From contig CAWDYC010000003.1 in NCBI GenBank assembly GCA_963806535.1, forward strand, positions 32,001 to 96,000: a DNA stretch of 64,000 bases, given 5' to 3'. The notes under the pieces were generated by a model. It saw only the letters and a program-made list of their open reading frames with translations, searched no databases and was not told where the DNA came from. Below are positions 31,376 through 43,307 of the stretch, in pieces; positions within the stretch are counted from its first letter, which is position 1, and each line of letters opens with the position of its first letter. Position numbers and translations under genes: made by a program. This DNA comes from Candidatus Bathyarchaeota archaeon (GTDB taxonomy: Archaea; Thermoproteota; Bathyarchaeia; Bathyarchaeales; Bathycorpusculaceae).

Positions 31376-33331
31376 ATGAAATTGAAGCTTTGGAAAGCCA
31401 GCAGCCTTCTTGTGTGCCTCGTTCTAGCAGTTTTTGTCATGTCAGTCGTTTCGGCTGCGAACTACGAAAAAACTTTTAGTATCCAGGCTCCATCTGGACT
31501 TATTAATCGTCAGTATAAGTTTATCAGCCATCAATCGGACCTCCTCAGTGGACTCTACAACCAAAAGTTGTACATTTCCATTACGCCTTCGCTCTACAAT
31601 TATTACAGTAACATGAGCCACACTGTAAATGAGGACAGTGATTACGCAAAATTCATAACACCACAATCCGTAGCACCCATCGCGGAGAGCATACAAAAAG
31701 TTACGGATAAACTGCCTCACAGCGACGAACAGTTTGCTGACGCTGTTTTAATGATGGTTCACCAAATCCCCTATGCTATTACTGAGCCAAAGTATCCTAT
31801 TGAAACTCTAAAAGACAATTATGGAGATTGTGTTGAACTTTCTTTTCTTGCAGCTTCTATCATGAAGGCTGGAGGTTTAGATGTTGTTCTGATTCATTAC
31901 ACAGGAATCAGATCCTGAGCATTTGAATGTTGGAGTTTACTTGACCGACAAACCCGTTTACCACACTCTAACGAGCCCGCTTACCGGCTTTGAATATAAC
32001 AACAAAACTTACTGGACAGCAGAAGCTACTCCCGCTGGTAATTGGAGAGTTGGAGACCAATCTGAAGCCTTAGCTGGCGCAAGTGCAATAATTATTCCAG
32101 TTGGAAACATTGAACAATCCCCGCCCGCACAGGTTTCATCAAGCCTAAATATTTCCCCCCTTCCGTCGAATATAACTGTAAATCTCTCTGAACAATCAAC
32201 AAACATCACTAATAATGATACTCGTTCTTTAACAATTTCGGGTTCAATTTTTCCGGCAAATTCAGGACAAAACGTAACAATCTATGTTAGCAACAATAAA
32301 AGCGCCCTCTATCACTTCACAACAGAAACTGACGATACAGGCTACTATACGTCCACTTGGAACTTTACCGCTACAGGCACATACTATATTACGGCTAGCT
32401 GGAGTGGCGATTCAAATTTTGCGGGGGCCGACAGCGAAACATTAACAGTTTTCGTTGGGCCACAATCATTCATTCAATTTCAGGGATTCGACTACAACTA
32501 TATAATTGGGCAACCTGTAACCGCAGGTTTTGTTACTCGCCCAATTCAAGGAGTAAATGATTTTCTCAGCATCCCAATAGGCAACAATGTTTCATTAAAC
32601 TACGATTTTATCATACTTCCAGCAGGTCATACGGTATCTAACGTGGAAACAGCAACAGTAAAAATTCCGGCAAGCCAGCAAACAATAAGGATTCGAAATC
32701 AAACAATAACATCAACGTTTCCTGGAGAAACACTTTACGGTACCTGTGAATGTGCCAGCGGATATGGCGCCTCTAAGATTACCTGACGGATTTAATCAGA
32801 CATTGAACAATCAGTTTTGTTTTATAGTCCAAAAAAATAATGTAAATAATTTTAGCTTAAATGTCAAAGCATTAAGTGACGACGATTTATCAAATTTGGC
32901 AGATGCGGGAAACGGTGCAGAGATTACCAATGCTTCTCAAGTTATAAGTGAAAACACGTGGTATCACACAACTACAACCGTTTCAGACAAAGGAATAATC
33001 TCTAATTTATTAACCGTAAATGGCACTCTAATGGAAAGTACGCCAGTTCAACAGCGCTGCAAACTCCAACAAAACTGTCACATTGATAACAAACAACCAA
33101 GACAATGCAATAGTTTTTAAAGATCTAAAAATTGAAAATCTAAACCAAACGTCGCAGTCACCAAGCCCGAAAGAAACAACTGTGAGCAGCCCAAGCATTG
33201 TTCCGTACGTTGCATTAACGGTCCTCTTGGTGGCAACCGTCACATCAGTATTCTATATTAATAGAAAAAAGCATCTACGAAGACGCGAATCAGAAAGATT
33301 TAGAATCAAGATACGAAGCTCCTTTTACTAA
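31376..33331 (+). CDS. Secreted, membrane-anchored transglutaminase-like protein with Ig-like domain (about 3 frameshifts)
   Basis: Signal peptide, GDCVELS.LAAS...H.NVGV, Ig-like GTYYITASWSG, C-terminal TM + basic tail; four ORF pieces. Confidence 0.75.
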
Positions 33332-33403
33332 TAGAATTGAAAATAACCCCAAACTTATTAAACTATATCAAGACATCAGATACTAGAAGAAAAGTGAATT
33401 AAT

Positions 33404-33877
33404 TTGACCCAAACAACTCCTTCTCCAACCTCAAACCAAAACACACTTCACCCCCCACCTGTAAAACCGACAACAGAAAGCGACGCAACGGACGGCTACG
33501 GATCAAGATTCTACATTGCTTTGGCGCTTATTGTTGGAATGCTAATCATACTTGTAATTTCAGTTGCCCAAGCACAATACACGCAGACAACACAGTTGGC
33601 TGCCATATTTAGCGGCTGGATCACCACAATTGTTGCTTTTTATTTCTACGGTCAAAGCAGTGCTCAAGCTCAAAACCAACTTAAAGCAGCAACGCAAACA
33701 GCAGCAAATTCTGAACAAAGAGCAATCCAGGCTGAAGGTAAAATAAGCAACATTAAAAGCATGGTGGCAGTTCATTCTGCAATCCAAAAATCTGCAGCAT
33801 CTGAAAAGGCAATGGTAACAACATCATTATCTGACGAAGTCATAAAAAACATAAATGATCTCCTTCAAAAAGACTAA
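33404..33877 (+). CDS. Two-TM membrane protein with C-terminal coiled coil
   Basis: Hydrophobic segments, WITTIVAFYF, Q/A-rich helix. Confidence 0.6.
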   Translation: MTQTTPSPTSNQNTLHPPPVKPTTESDATDGYGSRFYIALALIVGMLIILVISVAQAQYTQTTQLAAIFSGWITTIVAFYFYGQSSAQAQNQLKAATQTAANSEQRAIQAEGKISNIKSMVAVHSAIQKSAASEKAMVTTSLSDEVIKNINDLLQKD

Positions 33878-33997
33878 ACAAAAGCACAAGACAAAAAACA
33901 AGAAATCATGGCTTTGCCAAACATTGAGCCCCCTAAATGTCAGTCATATAAACGAATACTTAGTAATGGAAAAATTGAAATGTTATTCAACTACTTC

Positions 33998-35124
33998 TCA
34001 GTTTCCATTTTTGCTTTTATGTAATTCAGATAGTTTGAGAAGCGTTTCTTTGTAGACCTGAATTGCACTCAAATATTCGTTTATTTCAATGTGTTCGTCT
34101 AGTCTGTGGTCTAGGTGTGAATCGCCTGGGCCATAAGTGACTATTGGCAAATTCATGGCTTTGCCCAGAATATTCATGTCACCAGTTCCTGTCTTGTGCA
34201 GAAGCGTTGCTGGTTTGTTCAAGCACTTTTCTAACAGACGAAGACAGATACATGCACAAGCGGTGAAGCTTTGTTAACTTCAAACGGCTCAACAGTATCT
34301 TGAACAGTTGCTTTGACTGATACCTTTGGGTTGGCAGCGTGGTACTTTGTAATTATTTTTTCTATTTGCTCAAAAACCTGAGCTGTGCTAAACTGTATTG
34401 GCACTCGAACGTCAAGGTTCATTTCAACTTCAAAGGGAACAACCGAGGTTGCTCTGCCACCCACTACTTTTACCAAACAGGCTGTGACAGCGTTGTATGG
34501 GCTTGCAGAGGGATCCAGCGATGGATACGAAGAAGCGTTTTTGATTTGTTCCCAAAGCTCATACGCTTTCTCCAAAGCGTTATCATACATCCAAGGAGTA
34601 GAAGAATGCCCTGTCTCTGTTTTTAGCGACAATTTTAAGTTGTATTTGGCCTTTGTAGCCGATTGTTATGTTTTCGACGCCGCTGGGTTCGCGCGAAAAT
34701 GGCGTAGTCAGCTTTGATTCCCTGAGTGATGAGGTGTTTGACACCGCGGCTGGTCGCTTCTTCTTCCACAACGCTGGCAACCAAGATTTCGCCTTTAAAT
34801 CCTGGCTCTTTAGCTGCTGCAACTGCAGCCATAATCATTGCAGCAAGCGGACCTTTTGCATCGACTGCTCCTCGAGCATAGATTTTGCCTTCTTCAATCC
34901 GAAGAGGTAAGTGCCCAGCTACTGTATCCATGTGACCGCACAAGAAGGATGACAGGTTCGCCTTCGCCGACGACTCCTATGACGTTTCCGATGTCGTCTT
35001 TGCCAACTTCAAAACCCATCTTTTTCATTTCATATTCTAGGTAGTTGGCTGCGTCTTCTTCTTTTCCTGAAGGACTGTAAATGCCTAGAAGGTTAGTTAG
35101 GAACCGTACTGCTTGCTCGCTCAT
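33998..35124 (-). CDS. lysK: [LysW]-lysine/ornithine hydrolase, M20 family (several frameshifts)
   Basis: YSPSGKE, CGHMDTV, RGAVDAKG, VEEE, GTGDMN, YGPGDS.LDH. Confidence 0.85.
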
Positions 35125-36306
35125 TTTCCTCTTCTCCTAAAACTTCATCCAGAACGTTTATTGCACGATCGATTTGTTTTTTGTTAATCACAAGCGGAGG
35201 CAGTAGTCGAACTACGGTTCTTCCAGCATCCAAAACCAGCACGCCTCTGATCTGCAGCTTTTTGAATTACATTGTGAACGTCAAAGCGCAGTTCCATGCC
35301 AAGCATTAAGCCTAAACCACGGACTTCTTTGACGATTTTATGCTTAGCCATTAAAGCTTCCAGACCAGCCTTGAAGTATTTGCCCATCTCCGCTGCATGC
35401 TCAGTCAGGTTTTCTTCTATGAGCGCATCTAATGCGGCACATCCAGCGGCACAAACCAGTGGGCTTCCGCTGAAAGTGGTTGAGTGTTCACCAATTTTGA
35501 ATGATGCCATAATGTTTTCTTTGGCAACGGTTATTCCGATGGGTAAGCCACCTGCAAAAGGCTTCGCTAGGCACATGATATCAGGCGTAACATCCCAATT
35601 TTGGCAACCGAACAGTTTGCCTGTGCGTCCAAAACTTGTTTGCACCTCATCAAAGATTAGCAAGAACATTTTTTTCATCACAGATTTGCCGCACTGCCTG
35701 CAAGTAGCCGTCTGGTGGAACACGTATTCCGCCTTCGCCGCGGATTGGCTCCATCAGAACTGCGGCTGTCTTCTCAGTTATTGCTTCACGAATTTTGTCA
35801 GCGTTGTCGGGCGCGACATGTTTAATCTCCGGAACCAATGGCATGAAAGGCTCACGATATTTCTTGTCCCATGTTGCTGATAATGCACCCATGGTTTTGC
35901 CATGAAAAGCACCCATTAAAGCGATGATTTCTGGTTTGCCTGTGAATTTGCGGGCAAGTTTTATGGCGCATTCAACTGATTCGGCGCCGCTGTTTGAAAG
36001 AAATGCTTTGTCTAAGCCTTTCGGTGTTATCTTGACAAGTTTTTGTATGAATTCTGCTCGTTTATCATTGTAGTAGCAGCTGTGACAGGTTATTAGCTGC
36101 TCGGCTTGAGCTTGGACCGCGGCAACAACCTTTGGATGGCAGTGTCCCAGCAAAGCGACGCCGTAGCTGGTTGAGCAATCAACGTATTCTTTGCCGTTTA
36201 TGTCCCAAACAAGCGCACCTTTACCTTTTGTTAGTACGATTGGTTTTTTGCTGAAAACATTCGCTAAGTAGCGATTTTCAATATCCATTATGTCTTTGTC
36301 ATTCAC
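35093..36306 (-). CDS. lysJ: [LysW]-aminoadipate-semialdehyde/glutamate-semialdehyde transaminase (frameshifts)
   Basis: Class III aminotransferase: NSGAESVE, FHGKT, EPIRGEGG, DEVQT.FGRTG, LAK. Confidence 0.88.
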
Positions 36307-37110
36307 CAGTTATCACTGTACCAACCTTATGATTCAACGCTGAAGTAATAGGCTGATTTCCTGTACCCGCGGTAACTAAAACTTCCTTGACGCCCTGATT
36401 TAACGCTTCCAAGGCAGCATGAACTTTGGTGCTCATGCCCGACCCAATGCTTGAACATCACTTCTTTGACTTCTGTTGCACTAATTTTTGGAACACATTC
36501 GCCTTTAAGCATTAAGCCCGGCCACATCAGTAAGCAAGATTAGGCGGTCGGCTTTCAAGGCACCCGCGATTATGGCGGCTGTTCGGTCACCGTCTACGTT
36601 GAGCGGTTCATAATCTTGGCTTAGCGCAATAGGCGTCACAATCGGCACATAGCCCTTCTCAAGCAAAAGATTAAGCAACCCAGAGTTGACTTGCGTTATT
36701 TTTCCAGTGTAGCCGCCGTCAATAACTTTTTTTCTGCCGCGCTCATCAACATGGATGAGTTTGGTTTTTCGGTCTCCCTTCAAAGTCGCTGCATCTAAAC
36801 CCGTTATGCCAACAGCAGATATGCCTTGAGTTTGCAGTGCTAATACAATTTGCTTATTAATTTTGCCAGCCATTACCATAGTGTAAATTTCAATTGTTTC
36901 TTTGTCTGTGTAGCGGCTTCTGAAGCCTTCAGGCGAAATTATAAATTTTTGTTCCTTACCCAACTTTGATGCGATTTCGGTAACTTCAACGCCGCCGCCA
37001 TGGACAAGGATGATTTTGTTTGTTTTGGCTACTTCTTTTAGGTCGGCGACTAAATCGTGGGATGCGCCTTCTTTGAGTATGCTTCCGCCCATCTTTATTA
37101 CAAGCAGCAT
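36299..37110 (-). CDS. lysZ: [LysW]-aminoadipate/glutamate kinase (frameshifts near 3' end)
   Basis: VIKMGGS, VHGGG, SRYTD, NVDGDRTAA, LTDV. Confidence 0.88.
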
Positions 37111-37115
37111 AGCGG

Positions 37116-38168
37116 TCACATCGGATGGAAACCAGTGCTCTTCAAGCCTGTGGTTTCGTCTATGCCCATTTGTATGTTCATGCATTGCACGGCTTGGCCT
37201 GCTGCGCCTTTGGCCATGTTGTCAAGGGCTGAGAAAAGCAAAAGCCGATTTGCATGTTCATCAATCTCGAAGCCTATGTCACAGAAGTTGGTGCCCTGCG
37301 TGACTTTGGGGTCAGGCAATTGGTAAGGTCCTTTTTGATATTTCACTAAGCGTACGAATGGTTCATTGCCATACATTCCGCGGAGAGCTCTCCATATGTC
37401 CTTGTTTTCTATCTTTTGTTTGGGATAAGTGTGAATGGTTGCAAGGATTCCGCGGACCATGTTTACGGCGTGTGGAGTAAACGATATTTTTACTGGCTCA
37501 CTGGTTAATGCGTTTAGTTCTTGCTCTACTTCGGCTATGTGGCGGTGCCCAACAGGCTTGTAGGGTCGCACTCCACTGAAACGTTCAGGATGATGCGAAG
37601 ATAGTGAGGGTTTGGCTCCGCCGCCCGAAGACCCAACCTTTAGATCTACTACAATTTTGTTTTGATCAATCAATCCAGCTTTCACTATAGGCGCTAAGCC
37701 CAAAATTGCGGATGTTGCCATGCAGCCTGGGCAACCAACTATTTTTGCATTTTTTATTTCTTCTCGATGAAGCTCTGGCAAACCGTAAGCTGCTTCTTTT
37801 AACATTTCTGGATGGGCATGTTTCCAGCCATAGTAAGTTTCGTAGTCGACTGGGTTTTTGAGGCGATAATCAGCGCTCATGTCAATTACTTTTAAGCCTG
37901 CCTCTAAAAGTTTAGGAACCAAGTTAACTGAGCCACCGTGAGGTGTTGCTGTGAAGATTAAGTCGCAGTTTTTCTGCATTTCAGCCATGTCTTGGGGCAC
38001 GAATTTTAGCTGGGTTATGCTTCGCAGGTTCGGGTGTACATTGAAGACGTATTCGCCTACGCTTTGACGCGAAGTAACCATAGTTACTTCTGCCTGCGGA
38101 TGCAAAAGCAGCAAACGCAATAATTCGCTGCCGACGTACCCTGAACCACCAATTATTCCAATTCTCAT
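37116..38168 (-). CDS. lysY: [LysW]-aminoadipyl/glutamyl-phosphate reductase
   Basis: GGSGYVG, DMSADYRL, PGCMATS, HRH..E, DNMAKGAAGQA. Confidence 0.92.
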   Translation of the reverse strand: MRIGIIGGSGYVGSELLRLLLLHPQAEVTMVTSRQSVGEYVFNVHPNLRSITQLKFVPQDMAEMQKNCDLIFTATPHGGSVNLVPKLLEAGLKVIDMSADYRLKNPVDYETYYGWKHAHPEMLKEAAYGLPELHREEIKNAKIVGCPGCMATSAILGLAPIVKAGLIDQNKIVVDLKVGSSGGGAKPSLSSHHPERFSGVRPYKPVGHRHIAEVEQELNALTSEPVKISFTPHAVNMVRGILATIHTYPKQKIENKDIWRALRGMYGNEPFVRLVKYQKGPYQLPDPKVTQGTNFCDIGFEIDEHANRLLLFSALDNMAKGAAGQAVQCMNIQMGIDETTGLKSTGFHPM

Positions 38169-38191
38169 TTCTGTTATCCTTCTCTTCTTGA

Positions 38192-39377
38192 TTAATGGTC
38201 AATTAGGCTCTTCGCACCTTTCAAGAGTGGAATCGCCACATTATAGCCTGTTGCAAGCCGAGTGTTCTCCCAGAACTCGGGGCAGGAATTGGATTCATGA
38301 AACACCAATTCGCTCTTATTTTTTTCTACGCTTTCTTCAATTACCTTTTTAATATTTTCGTAATTTTCACTATCTGCGTAGCCCTTGAACGCTTTTTCTA
38401 GTCTGCTGTTCCAACCTTGAAAATCTGTTAAGCGAGTTTCATCCTGCTTAACCTTTTGAACAGGCACAAACGCTTTAGCTGCTTTATCAAGTTGAGCTTT
38501 AAGGTAAACGTCATCAACCTGTTTGTTTTCTTTAACGTTTACCATGGCGTCTAAAGCAAAAATCCATGCTTCACTGCCTTTGCCAAGGGTTCTGCCACAT
38601 TTCACCGCTAAATCCTGAATACTTTTAGGTAATTTGACACCGAAAACCAAGTTGCCCAAGAAAGTGTTGGTTCTAAAATCTTTAAAGCCGGCTCTCGCCA
38701 TTGAAATTGGATAGCAAAAGGGCTGTTTACCTTTCTCTTTGTGAACAATTATTCTTAAATCGTAAAACCATTTTTGAACAAGTTCTTGAGCGACAACTCC
38801 GACGGGATTGATTATTGAAGGTTTTGTTTCTTGAATGTTGGCGATGAGTTCTTCATTGTTTTTTGCAAGCATAATCATTTTGCCATGGGTTCCAGCATCA
38901 GCTTTAATCACTATGCCTTCTGAAATTGGGATTTCTTGTTGAAACAGTTCCGCTATGTCTTTTTCATTGTGGATTACTTGGCCATTTTTCAAAGTGTCAG
39001 TTGAATCGCATGGAACAAAAACTGTTTTGGGAATCGGTATGCCTTCCTTCCAAAGGTTAAGCAGTGTGCGTAGTTTGCTGTAGCAGACAAATTCACTTTG
39101 GGAGCTGTTTAAGGTTTTTTTGCCAAGTTGCTCCATGATGTATGAGGCTTGGAGACGACGGTTTTTGCTTTGAGCACGATTAAGCACAACAGCCATATCA
39201 TTGATTATGCCTGTGTAATCTTTGCCTTTGGTTTTAGCATTAAAACCGTCTTTAGAAATTGACTAAAGCAATTTTTCTGAAGGGCAGAAAAGTTAAGTCA
39301 ATGCCTAATTGCTGCGCGGTGAGTTTTATGCCGTTTTCGTCATTTTCAGACCGCTCATATAAGAGTGCAATGCTCAT
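38192..39377 (-). CDS. lysX: LysX/ArgX-like ATP-grasp LysW ligase, divergent (frameshift near 5' end)
   Basis: MSIALLYER start at 39377; GIPIPKT, IKADAGTHG, QE, DLRI, FRTN, E.N..PEF; lies between lysW and lysY. Confidence 0.75.
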
Positions 39378-39450
39378 CGCTTTTCGGCTCCACTAAAAAA
39401 ATTAGTTCAAAAAACTGGTTAAAATTATGAAGGCTGGTTAGGGATACTGT

Positions 39451-39657
39451 TTATTCGCCCCAGTCTTCGCCTTCAATGGTTAATTCTTGAAGGTCTACGC
39501 ATCCGCCTTTAACTTGTTTAACTTCAAGTTCTAGTCCGCATCCGGGGCAGCTTAGGATTTCTCCTTTTTCTGTGTCTGATGGAACATCAAGGTCTGCGTC
39601 ACAATCGGGGCATTTTGCCTTCACACTTTGTGGGTTTGAAATTGCTGGTTTAATCAT
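39451..39657 (-). CDS. lysW: Amino-group carrier protein LysW
   Basis: CPDC...CPGC zinc ribbon, C-terminal EDWGE. Confidence 0.95.
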   Translation of the reverse strand: MIKPAISNPQSVKAKCPDCDADLDVPSDTEKGEILSCPGCGLELEVKQVKGGCVDLQELTIEGEDWGE

Positions 39658-39715
39658 TTTTTATTCGTCACTTTATTATTTTAGGAAATGTCTTTTTGAT
39701 TATTTCCCAGCTTAA

Positions 39716-39743
39716 TTTAAACATTGTGACTTATTTGTTACAA
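39716..39743 (-). promoter_or_regulatory. Operator TTGTAAC-N6-GTCACAA abutting TATA (TGTTTAAA) of the lysW operon
   Basis: Same motif and geometry as 17247-17274. Confidence 0.55.
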
Positions 39744-39903
39744 CTTGGACTTCTAATGTTCCATTTGGTGCAGTAATTTAGGGCTTGCCAGAGTGGAAAA
39801 CGTAAAACAAGCAAGCAGCCACAACGAAAACCGTAATTCCGCTATAATGCTTATAAGGGAAACCGTTAAACGTTAATGACAACAAACAACTCGGCGATCA
39901 AAA

Positions 39904-40315
39904 ATGGATGAAGTAGATAAACAAATAATCAAACTTCTAAAAGACGATGCAAGAGCAGGCTACGGCGAAATAGGAACCAAAGTTAGGATTATCCGAAGGT
40001 GCAGTACGGAAAAGAATCAAAACCTTAAGCGACCAAGGTGTAATAAAAAAATTCACAGTTAAAGTTGCCGTTGCAGAAGGCGCTCAAGCCATAACTTTGC
40101 TTGCAACCAACCCGGCTCATCCAACACAGGAAGTTTCAAAAAAAATCCAAGCAATCCCCAACGTCGAAACAACGTATGAAGTTAGCGGCGAATACGACAT
40201 CGTGGCGGTGATTAGCGGAATGAACATGACAGAAGTTAATGAGTGTATAGAGAAAATCCGCATGGTTGAAGGAATAGTAAAAACCAACACAATGATTGTA
40301 CTGCGCAGCTCATAA
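39904..40315 (+). CDS. lysM: Lrp-family regulator (LysM-like), frameshift near 39985
   Basis: MDEVDKQII.LL..DAR HTH, SEGAVRKRI, YEVSGEYDI; divergent from lysW. Confidence 0.75.
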
Positions 40316-40496
40316 AAGGGAAAAGGGCTTGCTTTCTCTTGATGATAGTTGGCGCCTGGTTATTTTTGATGAAATCAATTAAGCGAAAGACTTCTTTTCA
40401 AGTGATCCGTAGTTGTGGTGAACAGAAAGCCATTGTGTAAGAAAACAAATAAGATTTATTAATACTCAATACACAAATCCAATGGGGCAAAGATAA

Positions 40497-41136
40497 ATGA
40501 ATGAAAAACTACAAGAAAGCGCCCAATACTTAAAATGTTGCAACCAACTAGAACTCGAAGCCTTTAACCTTTATGAAACATTCTCCAAGAAAATCAACCA
40601 ACCTGAAAACTGCTTTATCTTAGGCTTCGCATATGATAGCCTAAAATGCGCCAAAATTATTCAAGGAATACTCGATTACATAGAAGTACCTGAAACCGAA
40701 AAAACAAATCCAAAAAAGAATTTCTCAGAATTAACCAACAGCGTCTCAGCTTTTACCAAAAAAGTCTCAAAAATCAACAGCATAGACAATGAGGTTGCCT
40801 CCGAAATACTCAAAGAACTTGTTACACTCGAAGACCAACTTACAGAGGCTTACACAGATTATGCGCAATCAAGTGCAATTAGAGATAATGTCCGAGGAAT
40901 TCTCAAAACTGCAAGTAAACTTGGACAAATTCAAGAAACTCTTCGAGACTTTCGCAGAAGAAAAACAAAAACACAAAGAAACAATTATTGAAATCGCGTG
41001 TTACTTTGACACAAGAGAAAACGAAAGATTAAGACATGCAGCACCTGTTGTTAAATATCAAAATCCCGATTCATGGATTCTCACTTCTTCTCTTCATTCC
41101 TTCGCAACAACTTCAGCTGAGAATGTAACTCCGTAA
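40497..41136 (+). CDS. Ferritin-like four-helix hypothetical protein (frameshift near 40880)
   Basis: LE..A..LY and LE....AY...EE.KH repeats typical of diiron four-helix bundles. Confidence 0.55.
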
Positions 41137-41489
41137 ACTCCAGTTGGCGTCTTATCTCTATTTTTTTTGATTTTCAATTTTTTGAGAAAAATGATTTGGA
41201 TTTAACCTTTATTTTTACAACATATAGATTTACTCTTCAAATTCTTCTCAGAAGCAAGTTAGCTATCAAAGCCACAACCAAATCGCCGATAATCCAGACT
41301 ATAAAGGAAATTTTTCCAGCGATGGCCAAAACAGTGAATAGCAGAATGAAGAGTTATTGAAATTATACCGATTGTTCTTTTCTTTCGACGTGTTTCACGA
41401 GACAAATTATTAGCTATAGGCACATCAATCACGCTATAATCTCATATAAAACTATTAAAATATTAATCCACAAAACCTTGAAAACGCCG

Positions 41490-41826
41490 TCAAGAAAATA
41501 GTGAGCGCCCGTCAGCTACTTGAACATAGATTTTTCCATTTTCTATCTTACAGGGATAAGTTGTCAGGGTTATCAATTTGTTTTCGACAAACTCTCCATT
41601 TCTGTATGTCAAACTTCCATCCGTGACATGGGCACATTACTGAGTATTCGTTAAGTACGCCTTTGTCGAGTGAACAGCCTTCATGAGGGCAAATGTTTGA
41701 AACAGCAAAAATTTGGCCACCTTGCTTCACTAATAGAATGGATTTCCCAGAAACTTGCACGTGCTTCATGTGACCTTCTTTCAACTCTTTTTCCTTTAGA
41801 CACGCTTTAAAATTAACTGTAGACAC
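41490..41826 (-). CDS. Rieske [2Fe-2S] ferredoxin (frameshift near 3' end)
   Basis: CPHEGC and CPCHGWKFD. Confidence 0.85.
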
Positions 41827-41877
41827 ATTTCAACCTCCTTTGGCAATAATCAATGTTGCATCGTATATTATGTGCAT

Positions 41878-42263
41878 TCAGCTTGAAATAAGTTTTTGAA
41901 CCCTATCCTCAATTTCATCTCTGATTTCTCATACCTTATCAATTGATTTAGCCTTCGGATCTTCAAGCGCCCAATCAACATTTTCTTTAAAAAATGGACC
42001 AAGGCAAAAATCAGAAACCCCACAGCCCATGGTAACAATCAAGTCAGCTATGTTGGCCATTTCCTGAGGTAACATTTTGGGTTTGTAATTGGATATGTCG
42101 ATGCCTTTCTCTTTCATAGCGTGTACAACAACTGGATTTACGTGGTGATCTAATTTTAATCTGGCACTTTGCGCAGTTGGTTTTCCTCGCGCATATTTGT
42201 TGGCAAAAGCTTCAGCCATTTAGCTTCGCCCAGCATTTTCAACACAAATAAGGCTTTTTTCAT
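41878..42263 (-). pseudogene. arsC: arsC pseudogene, closest to the 2425-2820 copy
   Basis: [17 protein letters not shown]...EDPK...KV*EIRDEIE; in-frame TAA and TGA. Confidence 0.85.
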
Positions 42264-42269
42264 TTTCAA

Positions 42270-42420
42270 TTACCTTTGAATATTTCTTAGCCGGTAAGCT
42301 ATTATCTAGATTAATCATAACTGGTACCTTCTATTAAAGGACCTATAAGGTAGCGAAGGCTTCTTAAGAAGCTAAACCGAAAACGGCACCTGCCACAGCT
42401 ATTGCTAATTCGAAGTTGTT
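42270..42420 (-). pseudogene. acr3: acr3 C-terminal remnant
   Basis: [32 protein letters not shown]. Confidence 0.8.
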
Positions 42421-42564
42421 GATAATCATTCTAATTCAACCAATCTAAATTTGTTGATTACACAAGCATTTCACTTTTACCCAACCCTCCACTGCTTTGT
42501 CCAGCATTTTCAGGGTTCATCTTTTAAATCACTTTAAACAATAGCGCTGATCAAGTGACAAGTC

Positions 42565-42798
42565 ATGAAAAAGAAATCAATTGCCTTAGCTATTGAGGAA
42601 AACCTCGCACTTGATTTAACAATGCATGATGTGCCAGCATCGCTTATTACAGAGTTTGCGGAAAAAATTGTTAGACCTTACTACAACGGCAATTTGAATG
42701 CTGCCATTCAAGATTTAATTTTAAAGGCACTATCTGAACAGGATTATGTGCATTCTCATATTACACATGTCAGAAACTCATTCCAGGAAACAAGCTAA
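42565..42798 (+). CDS. Small hypothetical protein
   Basis: 77 aa, ATG with upstream TTTAAA. Confidence 0.6.
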   Translation: MKKKSIALAIEENLALDLTMHDVPASLITEFAEKIVRPYYNGNLNAAIQDLILKALSEQDYVHSHITHVRNSFQETS

Positions 42799-42970
42799 AT
42801 ACAAATATTCCATTTTCTTAATATTGACAACATTGTTTTCTTATGTTTCAAAAGGAATTTTAGGTTTAAGAGAAATTAGCGCCCCAAATTGTTTCACATG
42901 AAATCAGTCTTAAGAGGAAAGGCTTAATAGTTCTGAGGTTGAAATTTTCTTTAGCACAAGGGCGAACGTT

Positions 42971-43253
42971 GTGGCACTTTCGAGAATGGAGAAATACCTC
43001 GCCGTAATTAAGGTCTTAGAAAGCGGAGATTTAGTCACCCAAAAACAAATAATGCAAGAAGCTGACCTCAAATTAGAATCTCCAAAAGAAGCCCTTGACT
43101 TTTTAGTCAATGCTCAATTAATCGTAGAAAAAAAGGTTGGAAACAAGAAAGTTGTATGCTATCACCGAAAAAGGGGAAAGATTATACAATTATTTCCGAT
43201 TAAATGATGATAGCGAAATATTTGGCGGGACGAACATAAACAGAATTGATTAA
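42971..43253 (+). CDS. Winged-helix DNA-binding protein (frameshift near 3' end)
   Basis: TQKQIMQEADL...L.FLV...LI.E wHTH pattern. Confidence 0.55.
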
Positions 43254-43307
43254 GCATCAACCCTTAACATTTACAACTATTGCCAACTGACACTATCAAC
43301 TAGAAAT

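Noticed and set aside
39780-39802. GGGCTTGCCAGAGTGG, like a tRNA 5' end
   Set aside because: No anticodon arm, T-arm or acceptor complement follows.
40335-40410. Two TGATGA boxes suggesting a C/D box sRNA
   Set aside because: No properly placed CTGA D boxes or terminal stem.
41929-41931. In-frame TGA in the arsC relic as possible selenocysteine
   Set aside because: It aligns to Arg (CGA) in the intact paralog, and the gene also carries a TAA stop.
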